Below, piece after piece: positions 55,402 through 64,000 of a DNA stretch of 64,000 nucleotides. The DNA lies in NCBI RefSeq assembly GCF_009914755.1, contig NC_060947.1; one strand, 5' to 3'. The stretch is from the human T2T-CHM13v2.0 reference genome, Homo sapiens. Every line of letters starts with the position of its first letter. Within the stretch, counting starts at the first letter, position 1. Position numbers and translations under genes: made by a program. A model generated the notes under the pieces. That model had not been told where the DNA came from and made no database searches. It saw nothing but the letters and a program-made list of their open reading frames with translations.

Positions 55402-57441
55402 TTTAAATGATATAAAAAGAAGAGGTTGAAAGATTATTAAATAACTTATCAGGCATCTCAATGGTTACTATCTATGTTAGTGAAAATCAAATAGGACTCA
55501 AAGTTGGATATTTGGGATTTTTCTTCTGACAGTATAATTTATTGAGTTACTAGGGAGGTTCTTAAATCCTCATATCTGGAAACTTGTGACGTTTTGACAC
55601 CTTTCCTATAGATGATATAGGAATGAACCAATACGCTTTTATTACCCTTTCTAACTCTGATTTTATAATCAGACTTAGATTGTGTTTAGAATATTAAATG
55701 ACTGGGCACCCTCTTCTTGGTTTTTACCAGAGAGGCTTTGAATGGAAGCAGGCTGAGAGTAGCCAAAGAGGCAAGGGGTATTAGCCCAGTTATTCTCCCC
55801 TATGCCTTCCTTCTCTTTCTAAGCGTCCACTAGGTCTGGCCTTGGAAACCTGTTACTTCTAGGGCTTCAGATCTGATGATATCTTTTTCATCACATTACA
55901 AGTTATTTCTCTGACTGAATAGACAGTGGTATAGGTTGACACAGCACACAAGTGGCTATTGTGATGTATGATGTATGTAGTCCTACAACTGCAAAACGTC
56001 TTACTGAACCAACAATCAAAAAATGGTTCTGTTTTAAAAAGGATTTTGTTTGATTTGAAATTAAAACTTCAAGCTGAATGACTTATATGAGAATAATACG
56101 TTCAATCAAAGTAGTTATTCTATTTTGTGTCCATATTCCATTAGATTGTGATTATTAATTTTCTAGCTATGGTATTACTATATCACACTTGTGAGTATGT
56201 ATTCAAATACTAAGTATCTTATATGCTACGTGCATACACATTCTTTTCTTAAACTTTACCTGTGTTTTAACTAATATTGTGTCAGTGTATTAAAAATTAG
56301 CTTTTACATATGATATCTACAATGTAATAAATTTAGAGAGTAATTTTGTGTATTCTTATTTACTTAACATTTTACTTTTAATTATGTAAATTTGGTTAGA
56401 AAATAATAATAAATGGTTAGTGCTATTGTGTAATGGTAGCAGTTACAAAGAGCCTCTGCCTTCCCAAACTAATATTTATCACACATGGTCATTAAATGGG
56501 AAAAAAATAGACTAAACAAATCACAAATTGTTCAGTTCTTAAAATGTAATTATGTCACACACACAAAAAATCCTTTTCAATCCTGAGAAAATTAAAGGCG
56601 TTTTACTCACATGGCTATTTCAACATTAGTTTTTTTTGTTTGTTTCTTTTTCATGGTATTACTGAAGGTGTGTATACTCCCTAATACACATTTATGAAAA
56701 TCTACTTGTTTAGGCTTTTATTTATACTCTTCTGATTTATATTTTTTATTATAATTATTATTTCTTATCTTTCTTCTTTTATATTTTTTGGAAACCAAAT
56801 TTATAGTTAGTTTAGGTAAACTTTTTATTATGACCATTAGAAACTATTTTGAATGCTTCCAACTGGCTCAATTGGCCGGGAAAACATGGGAGCAAGAGAA
56901 GCTGAAATATATTTCTGCAAGAACCTTTCTATATTATGTGCCAATTACCACACCAGATCAATTTTATGCAGAGGCCTTAAAATATTCTTTCACAGTAGCT
57001 TTCTTACACTAACCGTCATGTGCTTTTAGTAAATATGATTTTTAAAAGCAGTTCAAGTTGACAACAGCAGAAACAGTAACAAAAAAATCTGCTCAGAAAA
57101 ATGTATGTGCACAAATAAAAAAAATTAATGGCAATTGTTTAGTGATTGTAAGTGATACTTTTTAAAGAGTAAACTGTGTGAAATTTATACTATCCCTGCT
57201 TAAAATATTAAGATTTTTATGAAATATGTATTTATGTTTGTATTGTGGGAAGATTCCTCCTCTGTGATATCATACAGCATCTGAAAGTGAACAGTATCCC
57301 AAAGCAGTTCCAACCATGCTTTGGAAGTAAGAAGGTTGACTATTGTATGGCCAAGGATGGCAGTATGTAATCCAGAAGCAAACTTGTATTAATTGTTCTA
57401 TTTCAGGTTCTGTATTGCATGTTTTCTTATTAATATATATT

Positions 57442-57486
57442 AATAAAAGTTATGAGAAATAAACATTCATTGTTATTGTGTGTGTT
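57442..57486 (+). terminator. distal poly(A) signal region
   Basis: AATAAA at 57442 and 57458, upstream TGTA motifs, downstream tgttattgtgtgtgtt (57471-57486). Confidence 0.75.
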
Positions 57487-58836
57487 AATTCAAAACTCAA
57501 ATGATTCACTTTATTTTAAATAGATTTTCAAATGTATATAGAAAATACCCTTTTTCAATGGTACATTTTGGATTTAGCATATTTTTGTTCACTCTGAAAA
57601 CTCCTTCAATATAATTTCTGACTTGAACATAATTTCAATCACTTTTCAAAATTGCTGAACACTATTGTAGTGTTTCTGAACATTTATTTTGCATCGTTCA
57701 AGACAAGATTTAAGTGATATTTACTTATTCCAGATTAGATCTATTGCTTCACTTAATGTAAAAGTTACCTAAGGATTTCTCTGTACAACCATAGGAGATC
57801 CAGGTGAAATAAGTTTCTGGAGATGGTTGATAATATTTGTGGAACAAAATAACTTTACTCCTGGCTTTGTTTTCACTTTGGCTAAATGGAGAGAATTCAT
57901 TGAAACCTCTCAAACTACAAGGTATCACTAAATATGTAACTGCATTTAGAATTTTATTAGCCCCAAATTTTGATTAAGAATTACATACTGCACAGTCCAG
58001 TGCTTTTTGTATTATTTTTTCTCACTCATATATTTATTATTGTGATATTAATTTATTCATTTTCACCAAGGGTTAGCTGGTGAAGAAAGAAAAACAGGAA
58101 AATTTAAATCAAGCAACATTTTAACCTCTGGCAAAAAGGAGATTGGGGTTTTAGAAGAAGTACAATATATGTGTAGGTTAATTTGTGTTATTTCTCATCT
58201 TCACTCCAGCCATTTGGGAAAAAAAAAATCTCACAAGTTGTTGTGACTTAATTTGTGAAGCTGACTGAGAATCACCAAGTTATATATAGATATTATCATA
58301 ATAACCTTGGCAAGAACTCTAGAACCTGAGAAAGTGAATATGGTGAAAACATACTCTGAATAGGAGAAAAATACCCTACTGAAAAGGAGTATTACAAATT
58401 TCTTTTTTTTCAACAAGTGGAAAAATATGTGAGCTAATATTTGGCTTGATTAAAGACATTAAAGTTATTGGTCTTATTGTCAGAAATGGCCAAACTGACT
58501 ATAAAATGTTGATGGACTAATGGCAATTGCTTCAAAACAAAAAATAAAAACAAGGACAATACCGATGCAGGCAATTCAGTTCAGAATTTTATTTCTGTAT
58601 ATTGGGTAACAAATTTAATATCCATTTCGAGTATCTGAGAATCAACACATGCATGAAAACAACCGAAGTTTAATTTGTGCACTAGCTTAACTCCTTTCTT
58701 ATCTGTTAAAGTATTCTAAAGTTAATTGGGGTAAAACAGAAGCAAGATATATAGATGAAGAAAATGAAAAAATGAAAGTTTAATTTGTCAGCAATTTAGT
58801 TCTGAAATCTGGTCATATGATGTTTTCTTCGTAAGC

Positions 58837-59305
58837 TTTTTTGAACAGTTTTAGATTTACAGAAAAATTGTGATAATAATGCAGAGTTCTCAAATAACCT
58901 CACTCTTAGTTTTCCTTATTTTTAACATGGCATATTTGTTATAATTAATGAGCCAATGTTTATACATTATTATCAACTGAAGTCCATAGTTTATTCAGAT
59001 TGCCCTAATTTTTACTATTAAGGACATTAGTCCTTTTCTGGTTCCAGAATCCCATCCAGGATTCCACATTACATTTATTTATTGTATCTTCTTAGGTCCC
59101 TCTGGACTGTGACACTTTCTTAGACTTTCCTTGTTGATAATGACCTTGACAGTTTGGAAGAGTACTCGTCGGGTATTTTGTAGAATGTCCCTTAATTGAG
59201 ATTTTTAATGATAATTTTTCTTGTGTTTAGACTGGGGTTATGGGTTTTTGTGTGGAAGATTCCAGAGGTAGTGTATCTTGTCTCATCACATGCTATCAGG
59301 AGTAA
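58837..59305 (-). mobile_element. L1MC/L1MD-like 3'UTR fragment
   Basis: cagttttagatttacagaaaaattg...ccatccaggattccacattacattt...tgaccttgacagttt..gagtact..ggtattttgtagaatgtcc. Confidence 0.75.
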
Positions 59306-60021
59306 GTGACAGCACATTTTGAACCTGTATAAGTTAGCATTTGGAATCATTTTGCTTTATGCTCAGGATTTACTCTTCACCACTGAAGCAGAGACTCACC
59401 TGTCCTCCCTAAGTTTGAAGTGTAGTACAATTCAGGACATGCTCCTTCCTCAGATTCCTACCTATCATACAGATGACAACCTTCCCATTTTATTTTACTC
59501 TCTCAGTCTCTAATAAAACAATTGAGAATAAAATATTAATAGAAACATATTAAGTAAATGTGTTTCCCTTTCCAAATTTACTAAATAGGAAATGAGTGGT
59601 GTGGTACGTCCCACTAGCAATGAAAATTTCGGAAATCATGGCAAACAGTGGAAGATCCAGAGAACCTATTGAGACCAAGGACGAATATAATCTGATAGGT
59701 CAACTTTTATTCTTGCTGGGCTGGTCACAAAATCAGATGGATTCTGACATGCTTTATATTTTTTTAGCATTGTACAAAAATTACTGATTATTATGTGATA
59801 GATTGATGCCTTGAAATTCAGGTTTATCTCTTGGGGTATATTTGCTAGCTATATTTGTCCAGGAAGAAATACTGTTGAAGATGTGTCTAATGAGAGAAAA
59901 CTGTCGGCCTGTTGCTTAACTCTTTTTAAATTTTACACCTAAACCAATTGGCTCTTTGACACCACATATTTGGAAGTTACAAACATTTATTGTCAAACAC
60001 TATATTCGAAGTGGAATAAGG

Positions 60022-60656
<635 letters not shown>

Positions 60657-60836
60657 AAGTGGAAGAAGGAAGTGATTTTTCATAAACTAAAAGAAAAAAG
60701 TTGTGACGTTCAGTTTAGAATGCTTCTATAAGAACAGTTCAAACATATAGAGCATGTTGCATTTCAATAGCCCAAAGTAAGTTTTTTCCCCTGCATTTTC
60801 TATTAATAATAATAATTTAAAAAATAAATTACTGAA

Positions 60837-61270
<434 letters not shown>

Positions 61271-61743
61271 CTAAGTCATAAGCTGCTTATTTCTCACTAC
61301 CGGAAATCACCCATCCTCCAGCAGATTGTAGTTCATTTCCATGCCTGGGAGGGAGATTTTATTTAAAGGTTCGGTCATTAGTTTCCTGAAAAGTTTTGGT
61401 TTACCCAGTTGTATCTAGTAAAGTGTCAAGAAAATTTTTAGTACACAGCCACCTGCTTCTTGCCCGGGAGTGACACTGAAAGAAGCTGAATTTTAATCCT
61501 AAAGGTTAAGAATTCAAAGTACTTGCCTTGCCGGCCACCCAAATAAAGTAAACATCTAATCAGCCTAATATGCTTATTTAAGTGTGCTAATGAACAAATT
61601 GAGTAATCTAAGAAATAGTCCATTTATTTAGAAAAATTTCATTATCTCACTCAGGGATAGAAAATGTCACAGTAGCATTTCTAATAGAGTCAACTGCACC
61701 AACTAATTAGTTATTAGGTAACTAAGAAAGGGTGTTGAGACTC

Positions 61744-62395
61744 TGTGACAGTTAATTTTATGTATTAACTTGGGTAGGCCACCGTATCAGACATTTGCTC
61801 AACCACTTGTCTGAATTGTTGTCAAGACATTTTTTAGATGAGATTAACTGTAAAACCAGTAGACTTTGAGTAAAGCAGATTACCCTCCATAATTTAGGTA
61901 GGACTCGTCCAATCAGTTGAAGGCCTTAAAAAGAAAAAGACAAACTTCTATCAAGGAAGAGAGAAATCTGCAAGCAGGCTGCCTTCAGACTTGAACATTA
62001 ACACTTCTCTGGGGCTCCAGCCTGCCAGCCTACCGTTCAGACTTTGGGCTGGCCAGCCTCCTAAATCACATGAGAAAATTTCATAAAAGAAATTTCTTTC
62101 TTTTCTTTCTTTCTTTTAATCTTTCTTCTTCCTTCTTTTAATCTTTCTTCTTCTTTTTTCTCTTTCTTTCTTTCTCTCTTTTTCTTTCTGCTTATTTCTT
62201 TATTTCTTCCTGTCTCTTCCTTCTTTACTTCCATCCTCCCTTCCTCTACTATTCTTTTTCTTTCTTTTCTTTTCTTCTTTCTCTCTTTCCTTTCTATTTC
62301 CTCTCTCTTTCCTTCGTCTTTTCTCTTTTCTTTCTTTCTTTCTTTGTTTCTTTCTTTCTCTCATTCTCTCTCTCTCTCAAACCCTGACTAATATA
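61744..62395 (+). mobile_element. MLT2 (ERVL) LTR with internal CT-rich expansion
   Basis: tgtgacagttaattttatgt...gagtaaagcagattaccctccataat...ccaatcagttgaaggcc...aaccctgactaatata. Confidence 0.85.
62092..62378. repeat. (TTTC/TC)n polypyrimidine low-complexity tract
   Basis: About 290 nt almost entirely C/T. Confidence 0.93.
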
Positions 62396-62951
62396 GATTT
62401 GAATTTAAAAAAAATGAAACATCTTAACCAAGATCTGCCAAATAAGGTCAGGCCTAATATGATACTGTTTCATCCAATATTACTGTTCTGAGAAGTGTAT
62501 TATTTCAGTATGTAGATGGTTTAGCTAGAATTCTATTTGTCTCCAGTTTAATTAGTGGTTAATTTCTTAGGCTCTTCCATCATACTAATCTACACTCAAT
62601 TCTCAGTTACTCCACTTGAAAGCTGTGTTACCACGGTGCAATATTTACCCTTTGATCTTTTTTCTCGTTTATAAAATAAGGCTAGTGTTTGGTATACTGT
62701 GAAGAATAGTGGAAATACGTGATCTATGAACATTGGAGAGGGGAGGAACTATATGGTGAAGAAGAAAGTGAGAAAATCTTTCCTGTGGAGAGAAGCCTAT
62801 ACATAATTCACCTCACTAGACTACTGCCTTTTCCCATTAAACTAGAGTGTGAAATGAAGAAAATGAACTAGTCAATCCTACTTGGAGAGATTGCTTCGGA
62901 CCTGAGACATCTGAAATCTAACCACCTGACAAGCTGTGGGTGCTGGTCACC

Positions 62952-64000
62952 TATTTTAGTCCATTTAGGATGCTGTAATAAAATAACTTAGACTGGGTAA
63001 TTTGTAAATAGCAGAAACTTACTGCTAGCAGTTCCGGAGACTGGGAATTCTAAGAGCAAGGCACCAGCAGATTCTGTGTCTGATAAGAGCCCTTTCCTCT
63101 TGGATGATATCTTCTATGTCTCCTCACACAGCAGAAGTGTCAAAAAGGCTCCTCAAAGCGTCCTTTATGAGAGCACTAATTCTATTTATGGGGTAAAACC
63201 CTCAAAACTTAATCACCTTCTAAAGACCTCAACTCTTAATACCATCATCTCGGTGGTTAGGTTTCAATATATGAATTTTGGGGGGAAACAAATATTCTAA
63301 GTCACAGCAGTCTGCTCCTGAACCCACAACTTCATTTCCTTCTCATAAGCAAAATACATACATTTCATTCTAATAGCCCCCAAGGTCTTATCTCATTCGA
63401 GCATCAACTCAGAAGTTTAATATCTCATCCAAAGTCTCATCTAAGTATCACTTAAATCAGATATAAGTGAGACTCAAGGTAAGATTTATTCTGAAGTAAA
63501 TTTCTCTCCAGCTGTGAATTTATGAAATTACACAAGTTATGTGCTCCCAAACTATAATGGTGGAACTCACACTGGATAGATAGTTCTTACACCAAAGAGA
63601 GAAAGAAGAAAAAAGAAAGCATAACTAGTCCCAAATAATTTCAAAACCCAATAGTGTAAACATTAAATCTTAAGTCTTGAAAATAAACTTATGTGATTCC
63701 ATGTGCAGCCTTTTGTACACATTGAGGTGGGGGTTGGGTTCTCCACACTCTGAGCAGCCCTGCTTCTATGGCTTTGCTAGGTAAGACCCACAATGTAGCT
63801 CTCATGGGTTGAAGGTTGGTGCCTGCAGCTCTTTCAGGCTGCAATCGCATGGCCGTGGCTGTACTAATCTGAGGTTGTGAAGGTAGTCTTGTAACCATCT
63901 TTTCACTGGGTATTTCCCTAGTAGGGGCTCTTTTTGGTGGCCCTCATAGTTTCACCGGTCATTGCCCTAATGGGGGATTTCTACAGTGGCTCTACCACTT
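62952..64000 (-). mobile_element. MaLR (MSTD/MLT1A-like) 3' LTR 62952-63309 plus internal region running off the window
   Basis: tattttagtccattt..tgctgtaataaaata.cttagactgggtaattt...caaggcaccagcagatt...gtttcaatatatgaattttgggg; MaLR-int-like sequence follows. Confidence 0.8.

Larger units (their letters stand above)
53174..57475 (+). other. PCDH11X: PCDH11X long 3'UTR
   Basis: About 4.3 kb with no recognisable interspersed repeat, from the stop codon to paired AATAAA and a GT-rich element; exact cleavage site inferred. Confidence 0.75.

Overview
AT-rich, repeat-dense primate (human-like) genomic DNA. It contains the last ~52 kb of the final intron and the whole terminal exon of protocadherin-11 (PCDH11X, Xq21.3 X-transposed region; the Y paralog PCDH11Y cannot be fully excluded) on the + strand. 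The exon starts at a tandem acceptor (52497), encodes the delta-protocadherin CM2 motif and a 12-aa tandem repeat, stops at 53173 and continues as a ~4.3 kb 3'UTR to about 57470. Most of the rest is nested transposable elements: about 10 L1 pieces including one near full-length L1PA15/16/L1PB-like copy, 11 Alus, two THE1 MaLR proviruses, an LTR8-type ERV1 with a tRNA-Pro PBS, MST/MLT LTRs, MIRs and microsatellites. Nearly all ORFs in the supplied track are repeat-derived or spurious. I see no convincing new biological system. The best second-look items are regulatory features of the terminal exon, a local inverted templated insertion, several microhomology deletion junctions that cut off sense-strand 3' LTRs, and a monomer array in an old L1 5'UTR. 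Repeat subfamily names come from my recall of consensus sequences and need RepeatMasker/Dfam confirmation.
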